Part shown: piece by piece, positions 1 to 12,676 of the stretch
Layout of the letters: each line of letters opens with the position of its first letter
Numbering within the stretch: position 1 is the first letter of the stretch
NCBI GenBank assembly: GCA_963758635.1
Contig: CAVWWD010000006.1
Location: 192,001 to 256,000, forward strand
Source: an uncultured Candidatus Rokubacteria bacterium
GTDB lineage: Bacteria > Methylomirabilota > Methylomirabilia > Rokubacteriales > CSP1-6
Reading direction: 5' to 3'
Length of the DNA: 64,000 nucleotides
Program-made: the position numbers and the translations under genes
Notes under the pieces: generated by a model
The model's database searches: none
What the model was told of the DNA's origin: nothing
What the model saw: the letters and a program-made list of their open reading frames with translations, nothing else

Positions 1-1637
<1,637 letters not shown>

Positions 1638-1641
<4 letters not shown>

Positions 1642-2967
1642 GACGCGGCTGCCTTCGATCTCGTCGCACGCGGACCCGGCCGGTGAGGAGGTCGTGCATC
1701 AGGGACTTCTTGAGTTCGCTCGAGCCGCCGCTTGCTTCGTCAGCAGCGCATCGACGTTGCGCTTCGATGCACTGCAGCAATCTCGACGATCTGCTGCTGC
1801 TCGTCCGGTCGGACGGGACGGGAATCGAAGACGCTTGCAGCCTGCGTGCTTGATTTGTCGATGCCAGGCTGGAACGTCGTTGCGCATCACGCGTTCCAGA
1901 ACCGCTGCGCGATGTCGAGTTCGAGCCACGAGCACGCGAACTCGGGCGTCAGCACTTCGCCGTTCGTCCGCAGGCGAAAGATGATGGTTCTGACACAGTC
2001 ATTCACGCATCTGGCTCGTGCCGATGATCGCACCGCTCCGATCGCATGTCGGATTCGCATGCCCTCGATCGATCAAGAGATCGTCCACGCTTCAAGACGC
2101 GAGCTGATCGAACTTCGTCCGCACGACGCCTCACGTCTTGATCGTCGAGACAGATCAGATGCCGCATCGCTGAACGTTGGCGACCCGCAGGTACGGCAGC
2201 TCGACCGTTTGAATGCCCGACACGTCTTCGCTCGAGCGTGAACCACTCTGATCCGAACTCGTGCCACCTCGCCAACGTCCGCGCGAATCGTCCAGTCGGA
2301 CGAGTGACCGTCTGCTCGTCGGTGCGCTTCGTCGCGAGACCCTGCTCAGAAGATCGTGCAACAAGGCTGCTCGAGCTCCCGCGCCCGCTCGACCGCCGCG
2401 CGGGTGCACTCCAGCGCCGTGTCCACGGCGTCGAGGATGCGGGCGATGGCGGCTTGCTCGTCGGGCTCGGACGGCACAAGCAACCGCCGTGAACACATCG
2501 TCAGGACGCGCTGGTCGACGCCCGTCGAAGCGTCGTTCCTCGTGCGCAGCGTCGACCGCGGACCTCGTCGACGAGCAGATCGAAGTGCAGTAAAGAAAGC
2601 GCGGCACCGGTCGGTCGACGGATCGACAGCACGATGCAGACTCGGTGAGCCGCAAGCCCACGTCGACCGATGCAGCGTCGACGAACGCACAGCCGATTCC
2701 CGTTCGCGGCCAAGGCGTCGATCTTGCGCGAAGAGTGTCGTCACCGACTCGAACGCGACAGCCCGAGCCTTCCCTGAGAATGCTCGCCGGGCGCGAACTG
2801 GAGATCCCTCGCGAAGTTCTCACCGACGATGCCGATCTCGACGATATGACGGACTCTCGGCGTTCTTCATCGACGGTATCCGCGTTGACTCACCGACGCG
2901 CGAGCTTCGATCCAGCGACATCGGCCCATCGGAGCATGCAGTCGCGACGTAGCAGTCAGTGTCGCAT
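1638..2967 (-). CDS. hsdS: Type I restriction enzyme S subunit (heavily corrupted reading frame)
   Basis: Recognisable pieces: EQAAIARILDAVDTALECTRAAVERAREL, ELPYLRVANVQ and C-terminal LKKSLMHDLLTGRVRV. Lies between hsdM and hsdR. Ends approximate. Confidence 0.75.
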
Positions 2968-4951
2968 AACCCGCCCTCGTCAGCAGCTCGAGCAAGTTCT
3001 GCCTCGCGCCTCCTTCGCCGCCGCCTCCGCCTCGCGCAGCGCCTTCAGCGCGTCCTTCACCTCCACCCGCGGCTCTGGCTCGAAGGTGTCCACGTAGCGC
3101 GGGATGTTGAGGTTGAACTCGTTCTCCTCGATCTCGTCGAGGCCGACGACGCGGGCGTGCTTGAGCAGCTCGTCGGGGTCGGCGTAGAGGGCGACGAGTT
3201 CCTCACCCACCGCGGCCACGTCCTTGCGGTCGTCCTCGGCGCGGCGCCGGGCCTCGGCGATGCGCTCGTCGCGCTCGGCCAGCTTGGCGGCGAGCTTCTC
3301 GCGCTGCTTCTCCATCTTTGCGATGGCGCCGGCAGCTTCGCCTTCTCCTGCTTCGTCTTCGCCGCTGCCTTGCGCCTGCGTGCCTCGGCCAGCTCGGCGT
3401 CCAGCGCCGCCAGCTTGTCGGCCTGCGGCTGATACTCCGCCTCGATGCGCCCACTCTCCTCCTCCTCGCGCAGCATCGATCTGCTTGCGGATGCGCCCGG
3501 CTGTGCTCGGCCACGAGGCCCGGCACCTTCGCCGCGTCGCCGTAGGCGTGGTAGTGGACGAGCATCCGCATCACGTCCTGCGGGCGAGCTCGTTCTGCGC
3601 GGAAGCTCGCGGTAGTGCCGCGCGGCGTAGATCAGCAGCACCTTGTCGCGGCGCTCGGCCGGGCGCTGCTTGCGGAGGATCAGCAGGCAGGCGGGCACGC
3701 CGGCCCCGTAGAAGACGTTGAGCGGCAGCGAGATCACGGCGTCGATCAGCCGCGAGTCGAGCAGCGCCTTGCGGATCAGGTGCTCGTCGTCGGCCTTGCG
3801 GCGCTTCATCTTCGGGTTGCCGTCGTCGTCGAGCTCGCCCGTCTCCTCCTCGACCTCCGGCTGGCCGCGGAAGAGCACGCCCTGCGGGCAGACGATGCCG
3901 GCGCGGCCGTCGTCGGTGAGCGAGGCGAGGATGTGGAGGATGAAGGCGTAGTCGCCGTAGCCGGCCGGGGGCGCGTTGAAGCCGGTGCCGCGGCCGAAGC
4001 GGCCGAACGGGTCCTTGAAGCCCTCCTTGCCGAAGATCTCCTTCTTGAGCTTGTCCTTCTTCTTCTTGTCGTCGGTCTGCTGCTCCGGCTTCAGCCACCA
4101 GAACTCGTCGGAGAACGGGAAATTGGCGAGCACCAGCGAGAACTTCTTCACCCGCCCGTCTTCGAGGAACTGCGGGTCGGTGATCGTGCTCGCGCCGGCC
4201 TTGATGTCGGCCTCGAGGCCGTGCAGGACGGAGTTGATCTTGCCGATGGCGGCGTTGCCCCAGTTCATCTCCTGCGCGAAGTAGCGGGCGCTGGTCGCGT
4301 GGTGGCCCTGCTCGCGCAGGTAGTCGGCCGAGTGCACCAGCATGCCGCCCGAGCCGGCGGTGGGGTCGTAGATCGTGTCGCCCGGGCGCGGCTCGAGGAT
4401 GCGCACGAGCGTGTCCACGACCTCCGGCGGCGTGAAGAACTCGCCCGCCTTCGCGCCCGCGTCGTCGGCGAACTGCTTGATCAGGTACTCGTAGGCGCGG
4501 CCCAGCACGTCGGGCGGGACGCTCTTGTTCGAGAGGTCGTGCTCGTCGAAGTGCTGGACGAGCGCGTGGACCACCTCGTTCGGGATGAGCGGCTTGCCGG
4601 AGCCGTCGGGCGCGGGCTGGTTCCAGTCCACGGTGAAGACGCCGCGCAGCTCGTCGTTGGCGTTCGGCGACGGCGCGCATCGCCTTGGTGAGCACCTCGC
4701 CGAGGTTGGTGGAGGCGGCCTTCACGTCGCCCCAGCGCGAGCCGTCCGGGATCTGGAAGCGGTGCTCGCCGCGCTTGCGGAAGACCGCCTTCTCCTTCTC
4801 GGTGAAGGCGCGGCCCTGCTGGCGCTCCAGCTCGGCGATGGCGTCGTCGGCCTCGCACTCCCACTGGTCGCAGAGGCGCTTGTAGAACATCAGGGACAGG
4901 ATGTAGTTCTTGTAGGAGGTGGGCTTCGAGCTGCTGGAGGGTGAGCTTCAT
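2957..4951 (-). CDS. hsdM: Type I R-M N6-adenine methyltransferase subunit (frameshifted)
   Basis: MKLTLQQLEAHL..YKNYILSLMFYKRLCD; LGRAYEYLIKQFA; GEFFTP; motif I YDPTAGSGGML; motif IV variant NFPF; C-terminal ENEFNLNIPRYV. 3' end approximate. Confidence 0.9.
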
Positions 4952-6320
4952 GCCGGGCCTCGATCGGCCAGGAAGTATCGCCGCTTCGGATCCTGCGGCC
5001 CCGTGCCGATCTCGCGCACCAGCCCGCGGCCGACCAGGCGGGCGAGCCGGGTGCGCGTGGCCCGCGGCGTGAGACCGATCGCCTTCGGCGATCTCGCTCG
5101 TGAGCCGGCCCTTGGCCGCCGGCGAGGCTCGCGAGGATGGCCTGGTCGGTCGGGGTCGAGCAGGGGGCGGCCCGACCTGCGCGGTCGCGATCGTGACCCG
5201 GAAGCGCGTGGCGATCTCCTCGAACACCGGCGCCGCGAGCCCGGCCTCGCGGCAGGCGGCGGTCATGCGCTGGATGCCGCTGCCCCACTGCTCGACCAGG
5301 CCGAGCGCGTGGAAGATGCGGCCGATCACGCGGTTGCGCAGCTTCGAGACGCCGCGCGGAAGGTCCTCGACCGTGAGGCCGAAGGGCAGGAGTCCCGGGT
5401 TCTCGACCTCGAGGCGGTCGTCGAAGATCGAAAGGCGGAGCGGAGCGCCGCGCTGGGCGTAGTCAGCATGCGCCACCGCGTTGATGACCGCCTCGCGCAC
5501 CGCCGCGGGCGGCAGGCTCCAGCGCTCCTTGCGGCGCACGGGGCCGATCTCGGCCCCGTGCAGGGCGTGCTTCTGGACGAAGGCGATCGCCTCCTCGATG
5601 GCGCGCACGGGGAGGGAGCGGATCTCGGCGCGGTCGAGGATGCGGCTCTTGTTAGCGCCGTCGAAGCGGCCGGCCTGGATCCAGGCGTCCGGGAAGTGGC
5701 GCTCGCGGTCCTCGGCCGAAGAGAATCATGCCGCCCACGGTGGGCACCTTGCGACCCTGGTGGTCCGTGAGCGAGCCGCAGGGTCTCCAGGTCCCGGCGG
5801 GCGAGCGTGCGGACGGGGGCAAACGACTCGGAAGCGGCTCGGAAGTCGAGGGCTTCCGAGTCGAGCCCGGGCATCGGCTGCTCGTCGAAGCCTTCGCCCC
5901 GCGCGAAGCGGCGCAGCTCCTCGATCAGCTCGGCGTCGGCCCGCCGGTTGGTCGAGCCCACCCGCACGTAGACGCCGCCGGCGAGCCCCTCCCGCTTGAG
6001 GTAGTGCGGTCGGCCCGGGCTCGGGATGCACCTGCACCGCCAGCACCTGCGTGCGGCGCCAGGGGAGGATCTCGATGTCCGGGCACGAGGCGAGGGCTGA
6101 TGTGGTCGCTGATCGAGGTTGGCCAGGCGCTCCTCCAGATCGAGCGGGTCGCGCACTCCGCGGACGTGCCGGCTCCGGTCCTCGACGCCGACGAGCAGCG
6201 TCCCGCCCGCGGTGTTGGCGAAGGCGACGATCGTCTTGAGCGCGCCATCCGGGCGAGGAAAGATGCGCTTGAACTCAGCGTCTTGCCCTCGGGGCGCTTG
6301 AGGATCTCGACGAGGTCCAT
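4948..6320 (-). CDS. AlbA_2 (Schlafen-like) + HATPase_c_4 + C-terminal HTH protein (RecG-like C-terminal family), frameshifted
   Basis: MDLVEILKRPEGKTL.., AFANTAGGTLLVGVED (alternate frame), YVRVGSTNRRA, AVREAVINAVAHADY, IFDDRLEVENPG, SKLRNRVIGRIFHALGLVEQWGSGI. Stop overlaps the hsdM ATG. Confidence 0.8.
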
Positions 6321-6396
6321 CGCGCTAGGAAGTCTACTTGGAAGGCTCTGGAAGCATTAAGCTTCCGAGCTGCCGGACCTACCTGTCGCTCGGGGC

Positions 6397-6468
6397 GCCT
6401 AACGTTCGCGATAACGCGCGGTGGCGGAGCAGCGCGACGCCACCGTCGCGTTCATCGCGCAGTTGGGC
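6397..6468 (-). mobile_element. Integron attC recombination site
   Basis: Minus strand: R'' GCCCAAC, arm CGCGAT[G]AACGCG[A]CGGTGGCG, loop, arm CGCCACCGCGCGTTATCGCG, R' GTTAGGC. Two extra-helical bases in the left arm; 72 bp. Confidence 0.75.
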
Positions 6469-6516
6469 TGCGTCACGCGCGCCATGGTCGTGGTGGCCCC
6501 GCGAGAACCACGGAGG

Positions 6517-6785
6517 CTATCCGTCGAGGTTCGGGTCGACCGCTTCGAGCAACCTAATGGCCGTCCGGAGGGCAACACAGGCTTCATTCACGTCCGCTCG
6601 GTTATTGCGGCTCTCGACAGCATCATGACGTCGGTCGCTATCGCGGTGAGAACCTTCGCGGCGTCTGGCAAGATGAGTGGCTCGATCGCACGACGTACGT
6701 GTTGGACTGCGACCTGCACGTGACCTTTACGGTCGAACAAGGTCTGAAGTCGATCGACATGAGAATTCTCCCAGACGGTTGGCAT
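6517..6785 (-). CDS. Hypothetical gene-cassette protein (~90 aa, one probable frameshift near 6595)
   Basis: Shine-Dalgarno AAAGGAG before the ATG; MPTVWENSHVDRLQTLFDRKG...; continues in a shifted frame as ADVNEACVALRTAIRLLEAVDPNLDG*. Lower GC; upstream of attC. Confidence 0.45.
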
Positions 6786-7087
6786 CCGAGGTCTCCTTTG
6801 TACACGGTGGCCGTTCGTGACCGGTCGATCGCATCCTCAGAGCTCGACCGGCATGGGGCATCGCTCCATCGAGCGATGAAGGTTCCTTAGTCGGCCGAAC
6901 TACTACTTATCGGGAACCCTGCACCGCCCGGTCAGTGTAGGGCGGTGGGATATCCCGGCGCCTTGCAGAGCCCGTGAGCATTCCTGCCGGTGTCATCGTA
7001 GGCTTACCCGTCTCGGTCCGCGGGCGCGCCGCATATGCTGCGAGCGGCGCAGTGTATCGGGGAGATAGGGAGCGGCCCGGGCCTCCC

Positions 7088-7468
7088 TCAGGCCCCGAAC
7101 GAGCTCTTGAAGCGGCGGGCCGCCTCGCGGTCGAGGCCCCGGCGGAAGCGCTGGTAGCGATCGAGGAAGCGCCGGCCCTCCGGGGTCAGGCGCGTTCCGC
7201 CCTCGGGTCCGCCACCGGGACGGCGTTCCATGAACCGCACGCCGGCGGCCTCCTCCAGCTCGCGGAAGTAGCCCCACGCCGCGCGATACGACATGCCGAC
7301 CTCGGCTACCGCCTTCTTGAACGAGCCGAGGGCGGCCACGCGCTCGAGCAGCTCGGCCCGTCCATCGCCAAACTTCACGCGGCCCGCGAACACCACCCAG
7401 ACGCGGAGCTTGGCGCCGATCTCCGCCGGCGGCGCCGTTCGGGCCGCCCGTGCGCGGCCCACCGTCAA
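7088..7468 (-). CDS. ModE-type winged-helix regulator (HTH only)
   Basis: FGDGRAELLERVAALGSFKKAVAEVGMSYRAAW..GGGPEGGTRLTPEG. Confidence 0.8.
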   Translation of the reverse strand: MTVGRARAARTAPPAEIGAKLRVWVVFAGRVKFGDGRAELLERVAALGSFKKAVAEVGMSYRAAWGYFRELEEAAGVRFMERRPGGGPEGGTRLTPEGRRFLDRYQRFRRGLDREAARRFKSSFGA

Positions 7469-7538
7469 CCCGGCCGGACCTCGGGCGGGCGGGCGCGACC
7501 GATGATCTGCTCAGGCTGCTCCATGCGCGGCGGCGCGG

Positions 7539-9134
7539 CTACGGCGTGAGCACGCGGCCGGCGGGGACGGCGTTGTAGCGCGGGCCGTCCACCACGACCT
7601 TCCCGTTGACGATCACGTACGGGATGCCGGTGGGATGGCGGTGCGGCTCGGGGAACGTCGCCTCGTCGCGGACGGTGGCGGGATCGAACAGCGCGAGGTC
7701 CGCCGCGTGGCCCGTGCGCACGAGGCCGCGGTCGCGCAGGCGCAGCTTGGCCGCGGGCTTCCCCGTCATCTTGTGCACGGTGGTCTCCCACGAGACGAGC
7801 TTCCGCTCGCGGCAATACTCGCCGAGCACGCGCGGGAACGTCCCGTAGCTCCGCGGATGAGGCTTGCCCGCGTGCGGCCCGGGGCCCGCGTGGAGCGAGA
7901 GCGAGTCCGAGCCGATCATCGTGTGCGGATCGGCGATCACCCGGGCGACGTTGTCCTCGCTCTGGCCCCAGCTGATCATGGAGACGCCGGCGCGCTCGGA
8001 GAGCACGAGGTCCATCATGGCGTGCGCGGGCTCGCGGCCGGTGAGCCGCGCCAGCTCTGCGAGGGTCTTGCCCGCCAGCTCGGGGCGCGAGCACGTGGCG
8101 ATCATGACCTCGTCCCAGCCGAGCGCGCCCGAGGTGGTCCGCCAGAGCTCGCCGCCCACCAGGCAGTCGTCGATGGCCCGGCGGCGCGCCGCGGGGTCGG
8201 CCAGGCGCTCGAGGAGCTTCGCGATGCCGCCGTCCTGCATCCAGCCCGGGAGCAGGCTGTCCATCTTGGTGCTGCCTGCCGGATACGGGTACACGTCACC
8301 CGTCACGTCCACGCCGCGCGCGCGAGCGTCAGAGATGATGCGAAGCGCCGCTTCCATCTTTCCCCAGTTCTCGCGGCCGGAGGCCTTGACGTGGGCGATC
8401 TGCACGGGCACCCCGCCCTCCTCCGCGATCCGAATGGCCTCGACGTACGCGGGCTCGAGCGTCGCCGCCTCGCCCCGCACGTGGGAGAAGTAGAGGCCGT
8501 TCCGACCGGCCATGCTGCGGGCCAGCGCGATCAGCTCGTCGGTGGCCGCGAACACGCTCGGGGCGTAGACGAGGCCGGTGGAGTATCCGAAGGCGCCCGC
8601 GTCGAGGCCCTCGGCGAGCAGGCGCTGCATGTCGCGAAGCTCATCCGGCGTGGGCGGCCGGTTGTCCGCGCCCACCGTGGCCAGGCGCAGGGCGCCGTGC
8701 CCCACGAACTGCACGATGTTGACCGACGGACCCAGCGCGCGCACGTGGTCCAGGTACTCGCCGAAGGAGTGCCAGGTGATGCGCGGCTTGTTGCCGATGC
8801 CGCCCATCCAGTCCCGCACCAGCTCCTCGCGCGCCGGCGCCACGGGGCCGGGCGAGAAGCCGCACATGCCCACCACCTCGGTGGTCACGCCCTGCCGCAC
8901 CTTGGACTCCGCCGACGGGCAGGTGTCCAGCACGAGGTCCGAGTGCGAGTGGATGTCGATGAAGCCCGGCGCCACCATCAGCCCGGCGGCGTCGATGGTG
9001 CGCGCCGCCTCGCCGCGGAGGCCGGGGCCGACGGCGACGATGCGGTCGCCCTCCACCGCGACGTCCGCGGCCACCGCGGGCGCGCCCGAGCCGTCGACGA
9101 CCCGGCCGTTCCGGACGAGGAGCGACCAGGCCAC
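7539..9134 (-). CDS. N-acyl-D-amino-acid deacylase (amidohydrolase)
   Basis: APGFIDIHSHSD, QGVTTEVVGMCG, STGLVYAP, HPRSYGTFPRVL, ADLALFDP. Confidence 0.88.
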   Translation of the reverse strand: MAWSLLVRNGRVVDGSGAPAVAADVAVEGDRIVAVGPGLRGEAARTIDAAGLMVAPGFIDIHSHSDLVLDTCPSAESKVRQGVTTEVVGMCGFSPGPVAPAREELVRDWMGGIGNKPRITWHSFGEYLDHVRALGPSVNIVQFVGHGALRLATVGADNRPPTPDELRDMQRLLAEGLDAGAFGYSTGLVYAPSVFAATDELIALARSMAGRNGLYFSHVRGEAATLEPAYVEAIRIAEEGGVPVQIAHVKASGRENWGKMEAALRIISDARARGVDVTGDVYPYPAGSTKMDSLLPGWMQDGGIAKLLERLADPAARRRAIDDCLVGGELWRTTSGALGWDEVMIATCSRPELAGKTLAELARLTGREPAHAMMDLVLSERAGVSMISWGQSEDNVARVIADPHTMIGSDSLSLHAGPGPHAGKPHPRSYGTFPRVLGEYCRERKLVSWETTVHKMTGKPAAKLRLRDRGLVRTGHAADLALFDPATVRDEATFPEPHRHPTGIPYVIVNGKVVVDGPRYNAVPAGRVLTP

Positions 9135-9769
9135 TACTCGGCGGCCTCGACGATCTTCACCGACTTCATCTTGTCGCCGATCTTGATGCCGTCCACCACC
9201 TCCATCCCGGAGGTGACGATGCCGAACACCGTGTAGTTGCCGTCGAGGAAGGGCGCGGGCTTGAAGCAGATGTAGAACTGGCTGCCCGCGGAGTCGGGAC
9301 TCTGCGAGCGGGCCATGGCCACCGTGCCGCGGACGTGCTTCTGCTTGTTGAACTCGGCCTTGATCTGGTAGCCGGGCCCGCCGGTGCCGTTGCCCTTCGG
9401 ATCGCCGCCCTGGGCCACGAAGCCCGGCTCCACGCGGTGGAAGACGAGGCCGTCGTAGAAGCCCTTCTTGGCGAGGGTGACGAAGTTCTCGACCGTCTTC
9501 GGCGCGTCGGCGGGATAGAAGTCGATCTTGATCTCGCCGCCCTTGTCCATCGTGATGATCGCTGACTGCTTCACGCGAGGGGTTCCTTTCTTGGCGTCGG
9601 ACGCCTTCGGATCTGCGGTCTTGGGGTCGGCGGCCTTCGGGTCCGCGGGCTGGGCCTCCGCGGCCGGCGTGGTCACCTTCTTGCCGTCGATGCGTGGCGC
9701 CGGGACGACGGTGAGGGCCAGGGTACCGAGCACGGCGATGGCCGTGGCGAGGAATCGAGTGCGCGTCAT
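9134..9769 (-). CDS. ppiA: Cyclophilin-type peptidyl-prolyl isomerase with signal peptide and ADPK-repeat linker
   Basis: [49 protein letters not shown] Shine-Dalgarno. Confidence 0.9.
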   Translation of the reverse strand: MTRTRFLATAIAVLGTLALTVVPAPRIDGKKVTTPAAEAQPADPKAADPKTADPKASDAKKGTPRVKQSAIITMDKGGEIKIDFYPADAPKTVENFVTLAKKGFYDGLVFHRVEPGFVAQGGDPKGNGTGGPGYQIKAEFNKQKHVRGTVAMARSQSPDSAGSQFYICFKPAPFLDGNYTVFGIVTSGMEVVDGIKIGDKMKSVKIVEAAE

Positions 9770-9855
9770 GGGACCTCCCTCGGTGTGAGGATGCGTCATT
9801 ATGCCCGAGCCCGCGCCGGCTTCGCCACCTTCGGCGCGCGTGCTACAGTGCATCC

Positions 9856-11655
<1,800 letters not shown>

Positions 11656-11670
11656 CTCGTCCGCCCGCCC

Positions 11671-11980
11671 GTGAAGAAGGGCGCGACGCTGGAGGTCAAG
11701 GAGCGGGGCCGGCGCGTCGCCGTCCTGGCCCCCACCGCCGCGCGGTCCACCGTGCTCGATGGCCTGATAGCGGCGGGACGGGCAACGTCGCCTCGCGGTG
11801 AGTCTGCTCGATCTCGGCCCCCCGATGGGCGGTCGGCCCTCTCGGTGCGCCAGTCGTGCGCTCGCCTCGCTCCGTGAGGCGTCTCGCTAAGCCTCGTTAT
11901 CTCGACTCGTCCGCCCTGGTGAACACAGACGGTCGAGGCGGGCCGGAGGTTCGCATCTGCCATCGGCTCGCGGCTGACCG
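11671..11980 (+). pseudogene. Remnant Phd/YefM antitoxin plus VapC (PIN) toxin fragments
   Basis: VKKGATLEVKERGRRVAVLAP lacks the Phd N-terminus; followed by YLDSSALV (PIN start) at 11898-11921, then decays. Confidence 0.55.
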
Positions 11981-12676
11981 TCATCCCGCCGGGACGAGGT
12001 CTTCGACGTCCACGCGGACGTTGAGAGCGCCCTCACGGTCGCCATATCCGAGGAGCTCGCGCGGCGCCGCGCCCGGCGTCAGCGGCGTCGCGGGGTCGAG
12101 CAGCGCGCGCCAGGGCCCAAGCGACGGAAGGAACGCGGCGGCCTCGCCATAGTCCGGCTCGGCGAGGAAGAGGCTCTCGTCCCCGCCGGGGCCCGTCAGG
12201 ATCAGACCTCGGTCGACCGTCCATGCGAACGGCCGGTCACCCATCACTCCCGTGACACGCTCAACGAGGATCCGCACGCGCGTGATCGTGGCCAGCCTCG
12301 GCAGGAGCGACGGTCCCTCGTAGCTCCACCCGGGACGATCCGCCGGCGCGAGCCGCGCCGGGCCCCGGTCGGCGGGCATCGCGTAGACCGAGCCGCGTCG
12401 ACCCGGCTCGAAGAACGAGCCGAGCATCTCCTCATGAAGGCCCGGCAACGGCTCGAGGCGGAGGCGGCTCAGCTCGCCACCGTACGCGGGGACGACGAGA
12501 GACGTGATCCGTACCGGCGGCCGGTCGCCTGGCACGATCACGAAGCTGCCCCGGTAGAGGCCGGCGTCGAGCGGTGACACCAGACCGGGGCCCGGCGTGT
12601 AGTAGAGGTCACGAATGCGTCCCGCGAGGGAGGCCGCGAGCGAACGCTCCTCCGGCGTCAGCGAGAGGAGGATCAG
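11981..12676 (-). CDS. Hypothetical protein (~230 aa), start uncertain
   Basis: Protein-like frame [29 protein letters not shown]...[12 protein letters not shown] directly after rhlB. Confidence 0.55.
   Translation of the reverse strand: MILLSLTPEERSLAASLAGRIRDLYYTPGPGLVSPLDAGLYRGSFVIVPGDRPPVRITSLVVPAYGGELSRLRLEPLPGLHEEMLGSFFEPGRRGSVYAMPADRGPARLAPADRPGWSYEGPSLLPRLATITRVRILVERVTGVMGDRPFAWTVDRGLILTGPGGDESLFLAEPDYGEAAAFLPSLGPWRALLDPATPLTPGAAPRELLGYGDREGALNVRVDVEDLVPAG

Noticed and set aside
6399..6590. TGA read-through (Sec) joining ORFs 6588-6785 and 6399-6587
   Set aside because: There is no redox-motif context, and the downstream frame runs through the attC. A frameshift gives a more protein-like ending.
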